DNA from: an uncultured Clostridia bacterium
GTDB lineage: Bacteria; Bacillota; Clostridia; Christensenellales; UBA1242
NCBI GenBank assembly: GCA_948442695.1
Contig: CAOJSF010000001.1
Location: 73,342-137,341 of the forward strand
DNA: 64,000 nucleotides
Direction of reading: 5' to 3'
The translations under genes and the position numbers were made by a program. Below, piece by piece: positions 19,055-29,065 of the stretch (positions are counted from its first letter, which is position 1; the number at the start of each line of letters is the position of its first letter). Below the pieces are notes generated by a model, which ran no database searches, had not been told where the DNA came from, and was given only the letters and a program-made list of their open reading frames with translations.

Positions 19055-19588
19055 ATGAAAATTGAATATGAAGTAAGATTTTTAAATATTGATAAAGAAA
19101 AAATAATAAGTAAATTGAAAGAACTTAAAGCTGAAAATGAGGGTGAAAAACTTCAAATTCGCAAGACTTATGATTTGATTAAACCTCAACCAAATAGCTG
19201 GGTTAGGTTAAGAACAAATGGAGAAAAAACAACTTTAACAATAAAAGAAATTAAAAATGCAAAAATTGATGGAACAAATGAACTTGAGGTTGCCGTAAGT
19301 GATTTTTTTGAAACTGATGAAATTCTAAATAAAATTGGCTTAAAGGCGAGAAATTACCAAGAAAATAAAAGACATCAATTTCACTTAAATGGGGTTGAAA
19401 TTGATGTTGATTCATGGCCACTTATTCCAACATATTTAGAGATAGAAGGAGAAAATGAAGCGAGTATCATTAACGCATGTAAACTTCTTGATTTAGATTA
19501 TGAGTCTTCAACTTCAATGGACATAACTGATATTTATAATAAAGTTTATAATATAGATTTGTTAAGTATAAAAGAATTAAAATTTTAA
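19055..19588 (+). CDS. CYTH-domain protein (CyaB-type cyclase / triphosphatase family)
   Basis: Begins KIEYEVRFL and has RLRTNGEKTTLTIKE and LEIEGENE strands typical of the CYTH tunnel fold. Confidence 0.6.
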   Translation: MKIEYEVRFLNIDKEKIISKLKELKAENEGEKLQIRKTYDLIKPQPNSWVRLRTNGEKTTLTIKEIKNAKIDGTNELEVAVSDFFETDEILNKIGLKARNYQENKRHQFHLNGVEIDVDSWPLIPTYLEIEGENEASIINACKLLDLDYESSTSMDITDIYNKVYNIDLLSIKELKF

Positions 19589-19589
19589 T

Positions 19590-20267
19590 ATAAAGTAGGA
19601 GGCAAAAACCTTCCTTTTTTATTTCATTTTCATCAAAATCATCTTTAAGATGTATGCAAACAACTTTGTGACGAAATTCTTTTGGAATTTGTTTTTTGAT
19701 ATCTTCAAATCCGATATGATAACTATTGCTTTTATATAATCGTGTGTCAATAAATAATCTTTCAATTTCATTATTAATCAATTTTTCAAGTATGACTGAC
19801 AAAAGTTCATTTGTGTCGCCTGAAAAATAATAGTGTTTTCCGCTAATTGTAAATAAATATCCATAAGAATAGCAAGTGTTATGGTGCTGCTTATAAAATT
19901 CAGTATTTATTTTTTGAAATCTTTTTTTTATACATTAACTGACAATCTGACTTATCAAGTCCAAAAATGTTTACCAAATGTTTTAAAAGTTTTTTGTTGG
20001 GGAAATAGATGCAAATATCTTTATTGGTAAATCCAATTGTTTCTAAATAAAAAACAAGTGTTCCAAGACTTCCGCAATGGTCGGAATGTGTATGGGTTAA
20101 AAAATGTTAATACTATTCACATTATTAAAACTATTCTTTTCTTTTGCTACTTTAAAAATACTTTCGTCACAGTCAAATAAATTTAGAGTACCATTATCAA
20201 TATAAAATGTGGATGTATTTTCATTTTTTATTGCAAAAGAAGAACCAAATCCTAAAAATTTCAACAT
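19590..20267 (-). pseudogene. MBL-fold metallo-hydrolase, at least two homopolymer frameshifts
   Basis: MLKFLGFGSSF...INIF* then (L)THTHSDHCGSLG in another frame (T-run near 20100). A second shift lies in the A-run near 19925. The start overlaps the LysR stop. Confidence 0.65.
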
Positions 20268-21172
20268 GATTTTTCCTTGTTATTTTTACTTAAATAATCT
20301 ATAAATGATTTAATTTTTGAATTGTTGTTTTCTTTCTTAGTAATAAGACATAGAGGAATTGAAGGAAGTGTATTATTAATAGACATTTTGCAAAGTATTC
20401 CATTTTGCAACAATTCTTTTACTGCACTTTCAAAAACATAGCCAATTACATTTCCGCCAAGTATTAGGTCTATTGTAACTTGAGTTGAATTGCTTTGATA
20501 GGATGGGGTTAGGCTTAAATTTTCTTTGTTTAACAATAAATTTAATGAATTTCTGATATTTGAATTTTCTCGAGGAAGAACTATTTGAAATTTAGAAATT
20601 TCCCTGAGATTTGTTGCGTTAGAGAAAAGATAATGACTTTCTTTTGCATAAACGAAACACATCTTTTCAAGTTTTATTGTTTCTAAATCATATTCATTAC
20701 TGTTTATGCTAATAGGGGCAGTATCTATAATGAAATCAATTTCATGATTTTTTAATTTATTAATTAATGTCGCTGTTGAGTCATCATGAAAAACTAATTT
20801 AACACTAGGATTCTTTTTAATAAACGATTTAATCCTATTTTTAAAAAAAAGATAGATATGGCTTTGCATTCCAAATGCAATTTGTTCTGACTCTGTTTTA
20901 TTTTCCATGATTTGATGGCACTCGTTCACTGTGGTGATAATTTCTTTAACTTTAGAAAATAAAAGAGAACCTTTTTTTGTCATTTTAACGCCGTTTTTAT
21001 TTCTAATTATAAGTTCTTCTCCAAAATGTTCTTCAAGTTGTTTTATAGCATAGCTGATAGAAGGTTGAGAAATGCAAAAATATTCGCTTGCTTTAGTAAA
21101 ACTGCCAAGTTTACAAACTTCATAAAAATATTTTAAGTTGTTAAAGTTTAAATTAAATAAATTTATATCCAT
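20261..21172 (-). CDS. LysR-family transcriptional regulator
   Basis: The N-terminal HTH reads LKYFYEVCKLGSFTKASEYFCISQPSISYAIKQLEEHFG. Divergent from the 21304 operon. Confidence 0.85.
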   Translation of the reverse strand: MDINLFNLNFNNLKYFYEVCKLGSFTKASEYFCISQPSISYAIKQLEEHFGEELIIRNKNGVKMTKKGSLLFSKVKEIITTVNECHQIMENKTESEQIAFGMQSHIYLFFKNRIKSFIKKNPSVKLVFHDDSTATLINKLKNHEIDFIIDTAPISINSNEYDLETIKLEKMCFVYAKESHYLFSNATNLREISKFQIVLPRENSNIRNSLNLLLNKENLSLTPSYQSNSTQVTIDLILGGNVIGYVFESAVKELLQNGILCKMSINNTLPSIPLCLITKKENNNSKIKSFIDYLSKNNKEKSC

Positions 21173-21303
21173 ATATCTATAATATATTTTTATATAAACA
21201 CATGTCAAGTTAAATAAGATAAATTCAATTTATGCATCAATAAAAATTTTGTATTTGACTTTTCTTTTATGCTGTGTGAAAATAAAAAAAGTGAGGTAGT
21301 GTA

Positions 21304-23379
21304 ATGGAAATTTTATATCCAGTAGGAAGTAAAGAACATGTTGAAAATGCAATAAAATCCAAAGCAAATGCTGTTTATGGTGGATTTCAACTTTTTAATG
21401 CAAGAAATAAAGCGAAAAATTTTACCACAAATGAACTTGTAGAAGCAATAAATAAGTGTCATGAGAATGGCTTAAAATTTTATTTAACATTAAATACATT
21501 AATGTTGGATGAAGATATTGAAAAAGTAATACATATTTTAAAAAATATTAATGTTAAGCCCGATGCTTTTATTAGTGCCGATATTGGGCTTTGTCAAAAA
21601 TTGAAAGAGGAGTTTCCAGATGTTGAGCTTCATGCTTCAACACAATTTGGAATCTCGAATATTAAAGATGCACAATTTGCAGAAAAATTTGGATTTAAGA
21701 GGGTAATATTGGCTCGAGAAATGACTGAAAAAGAAATTGAACTTGTAACAAATAATATTAATATAGATTCAGAAGTCTTTGTTTGGGGAACGCAATGTGT
21801 TAGTTTTTCTGGCTCTTGTTTTTTAGGTTCTTTAATGAATGGTGGTACTGCAAATAGAGGAAAATGTATAACTTTATGTAGAGATAAGTATCTTTTTAAT
21901 GATGCAGGTGAAATGGGCAATTATTTATATGTTCCTGACTTGAATTGTATTAATAGTGCTAAAAAGGGGAAGGCGATATCATTAAAAATTGAAGGAAGAA
22001 GAAGGCCTGTTGCGCAATTAAATGATGTTGTAAAGGAAATAAAAGGTGAATTAAAACCCAATGAAGAAAAAGGATTTTATTTGGGTGAAAATTTAGAAAA
22101 AAATCATTTATTTGAAAGGGTAAATAATAGACAAAAGTTTGCTTTTAAACATAATAAAAATTTCCCTTTAAAAAAAGAAGATGTTTGGATTTATGAAAAT
22201 AACGGTGAGTTTTATTATATTTCTAAAGACACTATACTACAAAATGAATGTTTTTATTTATATTCAGAGTGGAAACTTCCTTTTAAAGAAAATCTAAAAA
22301 ATGTTTCAATGGAAATAAATCAAAAAAATGGAATAGTTCAAAGTATAATGTTTTTAAATTATAAGGGAGAGGCAAAACATTTTTATCTCAAAAATCATGA
22401 AGATAAATATAAAAGTATAGAATTATTAAAAGATTTGTATAAAATTTTAAATATAAATATTTATAGTATAAAGTTTAAAAAGGAAAATGAGAATCAAGAT
22501 ATTTTAATATCGGTACAGATGTTTGAGGAAATAGAAAAATATATTTTAAAGTTATCAAAAGCGGAGAGAAATTTTTCTTATATGTCTAGTGCATTGAAGA
22601 AAGTATATGTTGAAACTGAAAATCTTAATCTTGCGTATGAACTTTCTAGTGAGGAAATTCCAATTATAGTAAATTTAGAAACTTTTGAAATGTTTGAAAA
22701 ACTTGAAATCAATAGATTTAAAGATAAAGAAAAAACTATATTTAAACTTCCATTTTTCAATTTTAGAAATAAAGATATGTCAAATTATTTAAAGAAAATT
22801 GAAGGGTTTGGCGTAATGTTAACAAAATTTTCTCAAATTGAAGATGTTAATAAGTTTAAGTTTGGTAAAATTTTTGTTGATTATCTTGTTCCAGTTTGGA
22901 ATCATCATTCAAGAGAGTTTCTTGAAAAACTTGGTATAAAAAACTTTTGTGCAAGTCCGGAATTGAGTTTTGAAGAAAATATGAATATCTTTGAAGATGC
23001 AAATGAAGTATGTTTGTTGCTAGGCGGAAAACCAACATGTGTTTATTCTAGACAGTGTTTTAAAAAAGCTATAAGTTGCTTAACTTGTATTACATCAAAT
23101 AAAAACATAAAAAATATTGATAGAGATATAGATTTTGAACTAAATTGTTATGCAGATCATAGAACAATGAATTATAAAACTAACATTCTGAATCCATATA
23201 ATTGTAAAAAGGAAAATGTATCTTATAGATTTGTAGAAAGAGGTATGAGCATTCAAGATATAAAGCAAATTTTGACTATGGTGAAAAATGATAGCTACTA
23301 TGAAAATTTATTAAAAGTAGATTTATTTAAAAATTCATTTTCAAATATGTTAGAGGAGGATAAAAGAATTGAAAACTAA
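21304..23379 (+). CDS. U32-family protein, long form (collagenase-like peptidase / O2-independent hydroxylase family)
   Basis: ILYPVGSKEHVENAI..ANAVYGG...NARNKAKNF...LHASTQ...VILAREM...VWGTQCVSFSGSCFLGS...ANRGKCITLCRDKY. The C-terminal extension carries a second ASPELSFEE-like segment. Confidence 0.75.
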   Translation: MEILYPVGSKEHVENAIKSKANAVYGGFQLFNARNKAKNFTTNELVEAINKCHENGLKFYLTLNTLMLDEDIEKVIHILKNINVKPDAFISADIGLCQKLKEEFPDVELHASTQFGISNIKDAQFAEKFGFKRVILAREMTEKEIELVTNNINIDSEVFVWGTQCVSFSGSCFLGSLMNGGTANRGKCITLCRDKYLFNDAGEMGNYLYVPDLNCINSAKKGKAISLKIEGRRRPVAQLNDVVKEIKGELKPNEEKGFYLGENLEKNHLFERVNNRQKFAFKHNKNFPLKKEDVWIYENNGEFYYISKDTILQNECFYLYSEWKLPFKENLKNVSMEINQKNGIVQSIMFLNYKGEAKHFYLKNHEDKYKSIELLKDLYKILNINIYSIKFKKENENQDILISVQMFEEIEKYILKLSKAERNFSYMSSALKKVYVETENLNLAYELSSEEIPIIVNLETFEMFEKLEINRFKDKEKTIFKLPFFNFRNKDMSNYLKKIEGFGVMLTKFSQIEDVNKFKFGKIFVDYLVPVWNHHSREFLEKLGIKNFCASPELSFEENMNIFEDANEVCLLLGGKPTCVYSRQCFKKAISCLTCITSNKNIKNIDRDIDFELNCYADHRTMNYKTNILNPYNCKKENVSYRFVERGMSIQDIKQILTMVKNDSYYENLLKVDLFKNSFSNMLEEDKRIEN

Positions 23380-24079
23380 AAGTATTTGGGGAAATCCGCC
23401 AAAAAGATTATATAAATTGTTAAATATTTTAAAATCAGAAAATCGTGAGAATGTAGAAATATGTATAGTAGGTTGCTCTGATGGTAAGTTTTTAATGCCA
23501 TTTGCTCGAGCAGGAATAAAGGTTACAGGATATGATATTGATGAAATCGCATTATATGGTGGTGAAAAACTTTTCCCAATAAAAGAAGTAAATATAAAGT
23601 ATGAATTTAATACAAAATTCAAGAGTAAAGATTTTCCTCTTGAAAAAAGAAGGGTATATGGTGTTTGCGAACGCTTGCATTTAGAAAATTTAGAATCATT
23701 TGCAAATGTAAAACTTTTGGATTTTTACAAAAATACACCAAGCGATTCTTTTGACTTAGTATTTACAAGTTGTTCATTACATTATTCAAAAAATGCAGAA
23801 TATAGTTTGCAAGACAAGGTGCAAAAGCTAGGAAGTATAGTTAAGAAAGGAGGATATCTTTATCTTGATTATATGATGGCAATTGTTGAAGATGATTATG
23901 AAAATTTTCCTGAAAGTAAATTTTTTAGAAAAGGACAAATAAAAAATATGCTTAGTGATTGTTTTGAAATAATTTACAATAAGGAGAATTTTAATCCTAG
24001 TTTTGAAGGTGCTCATGTAGATTGTGTAAAAGATCACTTTCATAGATTCGGCTATATTTTTGCAAGGAGAATAAAATGA
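23369..24079 (+). CDS. Class I SAM-dependent methyltransferase
   Basis: Motif I-like IVGCSDGKFLMPFARAGIKVTGYDID and a DLVFTSCSLHY block. Overlaps the upstream gene by 11 nt. Confidence 0.65.
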   Translation: MKTKSIWGNPPKRLYKLLNILKSENRENVEICIVGCSDGKFLMPFARAGIKVTGYDIDEIALYGGEKLFPIKEVNIKYEFNTKFKSKDFPLEKRRVYGVCERLHLENLESFANVKLLDFYKNTPSDSFDLVFTSCSLHYSKNAEYSLQDKVQKLGSIVKKGGYLYLDYMMAIVEDDYENFPESKFFRKGQIKNMLSDCFEIIYNKENFNPSFEGAHVDCVKDHFHRFGYIFARRIK

Positions 24080-24831
24080 ATATTGAACTGTGTTGGAATA
24101 TAACTGCTAATTGTAATCAAGCTTGTAAATACTGTCATAGATTTATAGGGTTACAGAATTTATCAAAAGAGGAAAATATACAAATTTTAAACAATATTAT
24201 AGAAAGTGGGTGTGATAATATTACATTTACTGGAGGCGAAGCTCTTTTAATTGATTATTTAGAAGATCTTTTATCATATTCTCATTCGCACAAAATAAAA
24301 AACAAATTAATTACAAATGGTGTTTTATTAACAGAGGAAAGATTCTTGAAAATTAAAAACAATATTGACAAAATTAATCTATCTATAGATAGTTTAAACA
24401 ATGACACTAATATCCTATTAGGTAGAGGAGATAGGCATGTAGAAATCATAAAAAAAAGAATAGTAATGATAGAGAATAGTGATGTAGAGCTATCAATAAA
24501 TTCTGTCATGACAAGATTGAATATTGATGACATGTTTGAACTAGGAATATATTTATCTTCTATGAAAATAGAACAATGGAGAATTTTTAAGTTTATGCCA
24601 TTAAGAGAAAGGGCAAAAGAAAATGAAGACAAATTTTCAATATCGAGAGAAATATTTGATGAAAATATAAAAAAATTACAAAAGATGTTTCCGAAATTAA
24701 ATATAGTGACGAGAGATGTTGGTGAGTTTGAGAAACTTTATTTATTAATTCTTGCCAATGGCGATATTTATCAAACGAAAGAAGGAAAAGATGTTAAAAG
24801 AGGGAATGCTCTAGAAAATAAAATTTTATAA
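24076..24831 (+). CDS. Viperin-like radical SAM enzyme (candidate prokaryotic viperin, short form)
   Basis: CNQACKYC cluster motif, then FTGGEALL, LSIDSLNNDTNILLGRG, SINSVMTRLN and EQWRIFKFMP blocks, colinear with the viperin/RSAD2 motifs as I remember them. ATGA start/stop overlap with the methyltransferase. Confidence 0.65.
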   Translation: MNIELCWNITANCNQACKYCHRFIGLQNLSKEENIQILNNIIESGCDNITFTGGEALLIDYLEDLLSYSHSHKIKNKLITNGVLLTEERFLKIKNNIDKINLSIDSLNNDTNILLGRGDRHVEIIKKRIVMIENSDVELSINSVMTRLNIDDMFELGIYLSSMKIEQWRIFKFMPLRERAKENEDKFSISREIFDENIKKLQKMFPKLNIVTRDVGEFEKLYLLILANGDIYQTKEGKDVKRGNALENKIL

Positions 24832-25240
24832 AAAGGTGATAAATGTTGTAAGAATACAATGAGAAAATTGTAATTATAGCTTGCAATGATTTCAATGTTA
24901 GGTATAAATATTTTTATGTTTTATAAAGGAAGCTTTGGTGCGAATTACTTTTTAAAATCATTTCAAACATATAATATTAGTATAGAATTCTTAATAATAT
25001 AATTATAAGTGTATATGAAGACAAACTTGAATTGCAAGAACTTAAACATAGATATTTTAATAAAAACGCATATAAAGTAAATATAATAAAGAAAAATAAA
25101 AAAGAAATTTAATATAGGTACATTAAAAATTTAATAAAAATAGGTATATGCTATATCAAGTTGTCTATGAAAAGTAGGAAATTGAACATTATAGGAAAAA
25201 CCACCAGGTTCACTGGTGGATTTTTATTTTAAATTCTATT

Positions 25241-25730
25241 TATGAACACCTCTATGAGATCGCATTTTAAATAAAGCAGAAATGAAACTATGATAATATC
25301 CTATAAATTTTTTTCGTCAAGAAGTTTTAATATTTCTTTTTCGGAAGCCCATTTTACTGCTTGAACTTCTTGATCTGGGAATTTTACAATGTTTGCATCA
25401 AGGTCTTTTTCGATAAAATAGAAATCGTCAAAGCCATTGTTAAAATTTATTGTCATAAATGCTCTTTCATTTTCAAAATTTGTTCAATACTGAGTTCTTC
25501 ACTGAGTTTTCTGTGTGCTGCTAGTTTTAAATTTTTACCTGTTTGAACGCAGCCTCCTAAAGTGATATCCCAAATATTGGCTAAGACTTCTTACTTGAAT
25601 GTCTTTGTTGAATAAGCATTTCTCCATTGCTATTAAAAATACAAATATGTATAACAAGTCTGCATAATTGTTTGGACATTTGTCTCCTTGAATGATTGTT
25701 TTTCCGATAAGTTGTCGATCTTCATATTAT
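25241..25730 (-). pseudogene. NUDIX hydrolase, multiple frameshifts
   Basis: The fragments EDRQLIGKTIIQGDKCPNNYADL, HICIFNSNGEMLIQQRHSSKKS, LANIWDITLGGCVQTGKNLKLAAHRKLSEELSI and NNGFDDFYFIEKD..VKWASEKEILKLL lie in different frames. Confidence 0.6.
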
Positions 25731-26316
25731 AAATAAAAAGATCCATAATATCTTCCATTTATTATAATTTATTTTATCATTTATAAAAATTTATTGAATA
25801 AACATTATATATGTAAATAAACTTATTTTGAGATTTATTAAATAGAAAATTTGTTTATAATAAATTTTTTTGTGTAAGAATAAAATTTATTGTTATAGAA
25901 TAGATTTTAAAAAATCAAAATAGTAGGTAGAATGAAATATGTAAATATGATTTCTAAACTATTTATAAAATAGTAAAAAATATAATTATACTTATTTTAG
26001 AAATTTTTGACAATACGCAAGTTAATTAAGTATTTAATAAATTATAAAAATTTTATTAAATTATAATGATTAAGATTAAAAAATTAAACCTATATTGATG
26101 ATAGTTTATTAGTTATATTATATTAAAGAGGTTGAATATTTTAAGGGTTGACTATTTTATTGTTAAAAACTTTATATATATTGTGTATATTATTTTTAAG
26201 AAATCTTTGTAAATTCTATGTTTATATTAATTTTTAAGAAATTTTGAGAAAATTGTTTAATTTTGTTTTGCCTTAGACAAAATGTATGTTATATTAATTT
26301 TGTTTTAGGAGTGTTT

Positions 26317-26748
26317 ATGAAATGTTTGTCTAAAGCATTGCTGGTCTTGTTTATTGCTTGTTGTTTGCCATTGTTAATTTCATGCGGAAATTCTTTTAGC
26401 GAATTAGGTGAAAAATGTAATATTACTTTTGATCTAAATTCTGAATATGGAAAATTAAGCAAGCCGATAAAAGAAGGGGATAATTATTCTGTTGAATTAG
26501 AAGGTTTAAAAGTTGCACAAATAAAGACAAATGGAATCAATATTTTAAATGAAATTATTAAAGATACCGAGTTGATATTAAAAATATACATATCAATCAA
26601 TTCATATGATATTGAGTTGAAAATAAATGGTGAAGAAGTCGGTTTTAAAGTCGAAGAGAAGGGTGAGTATAGTGTCATTGAAGTCAAATTTGTTGTAGAA
26701 AAAGATATAAATTTCTTTATGAATGGTTGTTTTGAATTAATGATATAA
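26317..26748 (+). CDS. Putative lipoprotein
   Basis: MKCLSKALLVLFIACCLPLLISCGN signal peptide with a lipobox. AGGAG RBS. Confidence 0.6.
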   Translation: MKCLSKALLVLFIACCLPLLISCGNSFSELGEKCNITFDLNSEYGKLSKPIKEGDNYSVELEGLKVAQIKTNGINILNEIIKDTELILKIYISINSYDIELKINGEEVGFKVEEKGEYSVIEVKFVVEKDINFFMNGCFELMI

Positions 26749-26902
26749 TGAAGTTCAGAAAAGATATTATTGTTGATTTTTTATTATTACAAATTTGAAG
26801 ACAGTGTTGTTAAATCAAATTTTTAAACTCTAGTGAATCTAGAGTTTTTTAATTGTATAAAATATATTGATTTTTTTTTAAAATTTTGTTACACTTTAAA
26901 TT

Positions 26903-28183
26903 ATGAAAATTTCTGTTATGACATTAGGTTGCAAAGTCAACAAGTATGAGAGTGATGCACTGATAAATAAATTGAATGCTTTGGGGTTTGAAACATCAGA
27001 CAAGTTGGAGTTTGCTGATGTCTTTGTTATAAACACCTGTGCGGTGACTTCAGAGGCTGAAAAGAAGTCTAGGCAGATGATTGCAAGGTGTAAAAAATTC
27101 AATAATTTTGCAAAGATTTTTGTCTGTGGATGTGCGTCTCAGCATAACGGAAAACAGTTTTTGGATAAGGATGTTGAAGTAGTTTGCGGGACAAGTGGGA
27201 AGTTGAAAATAGTTGAATTTATTGATAATTTAGCCAAAAATGACAAAATTTTTAAAAAAAATGGCATTTTTATTGAAAATTTGCCTGAAATTTATCAAGA
27301 TGACTTGATTGCAAGCCAAAATAGAACAAGGGCATATATCAAAATTCAAGACGGTTGCAACAATTTTTGTTCTTATTGCATCATCCCATATTTGAGAGGG
27401 AGAAGCAGGTCAAGAGACCTTTCTTCAATCTTGAATGAAGCCAGTTTGTTGGGTGAGGAAATAAAAGAAATTGTTTTGACAGGAATCAATGTGGCTGACT
27501 ATAAAATTGACGGAAAACCTGGTCTTTTGAAACTGCTTCAAGAACTTGACAAGTGTGGAAAGCGACTAAGATTGAGTTCTATGGAAGAGGGGCTTATTAG
27601 TGAAGAGTTTGCAGAAGGTTTATCAAAACTTAAAAATTTCTGTCCTCATTTTCATCTTTCATTGCAAAGTGGAAGTGATGGTGTTTTGAGGAGAATGAAT
27701 AGGCATTATAGTGCTGAAGAATTTTTTAGTTCTGTGAGTGTATTAAAAAAATATTTTCCATATGCTGGCATAACCACAGACATAATTGTTGGGTTTCCTA
27801 ATGAGAGTGAAGATGAATTTGACGAGACATATGAATTTGCAAAAAGGGTAGAATTTAGCCAACTTCATATTTTTAAGTATTCACCTCGTGAAGGGACCGC
27901 ATCTTATAAGTTGTTTAAAGATTTGCCACATGAGATAAAACAGGCTAGGCTTGAAAGGCTTGAAAACCTTAATAACAATTTAAAAGAAAAATTTATTGAA
28001 GAAAATAAACATAACAAATGTTTAAATGTCCTTTTTGAAGAAAAGGTTGATGATTTTTATGTAGGTTATACAGAAAATTATATAAGGTGTTATTTGCAAA
28101 GTGAAAGTGATGTGACAAATAAAATTTTGCAGGTTCAAATTTTGGACAAATTCAGAGATGGAGCAAGATGCAATTTAATCTAA
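26903..28183 (+). CDS. mtaB: tRNA methylthiotransferase, MtaB-like
   Basis: N-terminal MTLGCKVNKYESD and a radical SAM CNNFCSYCIIP motif. Domain order fits the MiaB/MtaB family. Confidence 0.8.
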   Translation: MKISVMTLGCKVNKYESDALINKLNALGFETSDKLEFADVFVINTCAVTSEAEKKSRQMIARCKKFNNFAKIFVCGCASQHNGKQFLDKDVEVVCGTSGKLKIVEFIDNLAKNDKIFKKNGIFIENLPEIYQDDLIASQNRTRAYIKIQDGCNNFCSYCIIPYLRGRSRSRDLSSILNEASLLGEEIKEIVLTGINVADYKIDGKPGLLKLLQELDKCGKRLRLSSMEEGLISEEFAEGLSKLKNFCPHFHLSLQSGSDGVLRRMNRHYSAEEFFSSVSVLKKYFPYAGITTDIIVGFPNESEDEFDETYEFAKRVEFSQLHIFKYSPREGTASYKLFKDLPHEIKQARLERLENLNNNLKEKFIEENKHNKCLNVLFEEKVDDFYVGYTENYIRCYLQSESDVTNKILQVQILDKFRDGARCNLI

Positions 28184-28392
28184 ATCATTTTTAAATTTTC
28201 TTAATAACTTTAAAAATAACCAAACTATATATAACTTTATTTGTCGATATAATTGAAATCATAATTATTGGTTTAAATTTTTATAAAATATCAAATTAAT
28301 GAGAAAAAAGCAGATTTTCAAAAAAAACACTTGACATTTACCCCCACCCATGTATAATTAAATTAAGCATATAATTAAAAAGGGGAATGATT

Positions 28393-29065
28393 ATGGATAG
28401 AGAAGAAATTATCAAAAATGCAGTTGAAAAGTCAGAATTTTTTGGAAGACTTGATGAGGCTGTTGTATATTTGGAAAATGCAAAAAAAACAAGGGGAAAA
28501 TATTTTTGTAAATTTCAATGGAAACAAACTTTATGCTTTGCTCGATGATCGTGATTCTTGCTATGAAAAAGTCACTGGATATAAATATGATGAATTTCAA
28601 GAAGTTTCAAAAGCAGAGAGAAGAGCGTTTGAAGAGCGCCAAATTAAAGAAAGGCTTGAAGCAATAGATAAATTAGATGCAAGAATTGAAAGTGGGCTAA
28701 AATATATCTATCCTCAAAGAGAATTTGATTGGAAAAAAAGAGTGATGGACTCAACTGATGGAATATATTTAGGCAATGATATTGACAGTGCTATTGAAAT
28801 TATGGAAATACTTGCAAATTCTAAAGAAGAAAATAAATTTGATATCGCTATGAATAAACTTGATGAGCAAGGACATTCTAACATTTCTTACTGGGTAACA
28901 TTGGGCAGCATAACAACTTTTGCAAAAGAGGGTGTTAATTTCTTTAAATACCTTATGGAAAAACAAGGCAAGACTATTGCTGAACAAGATATAGACTATC
29001 TCAATAAACTTGAATCAGAAAATGCATCGTTTGAGGCAGAACTTGAAGGGGCAGAGAGAGAATAA
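28393..29065 (+). pseudogene. Hypothetical protein interrupted by a frameshift in an A8 run
   Basis: A good promoter (TTGACA-16-TATAAT, 28331-28358) and RBS precede the ATG at 28393. That frame closes at 28542, and ORF 28418-29065 continues colinearly after the A8 run at 28482-28489. Confidence 0.5.

Noticed and set aside
25361-25546. 61-aa + strand ORF.
   Set aside because: It is antisense to the fragments of a decayed NUDIX gene and has no RBS.
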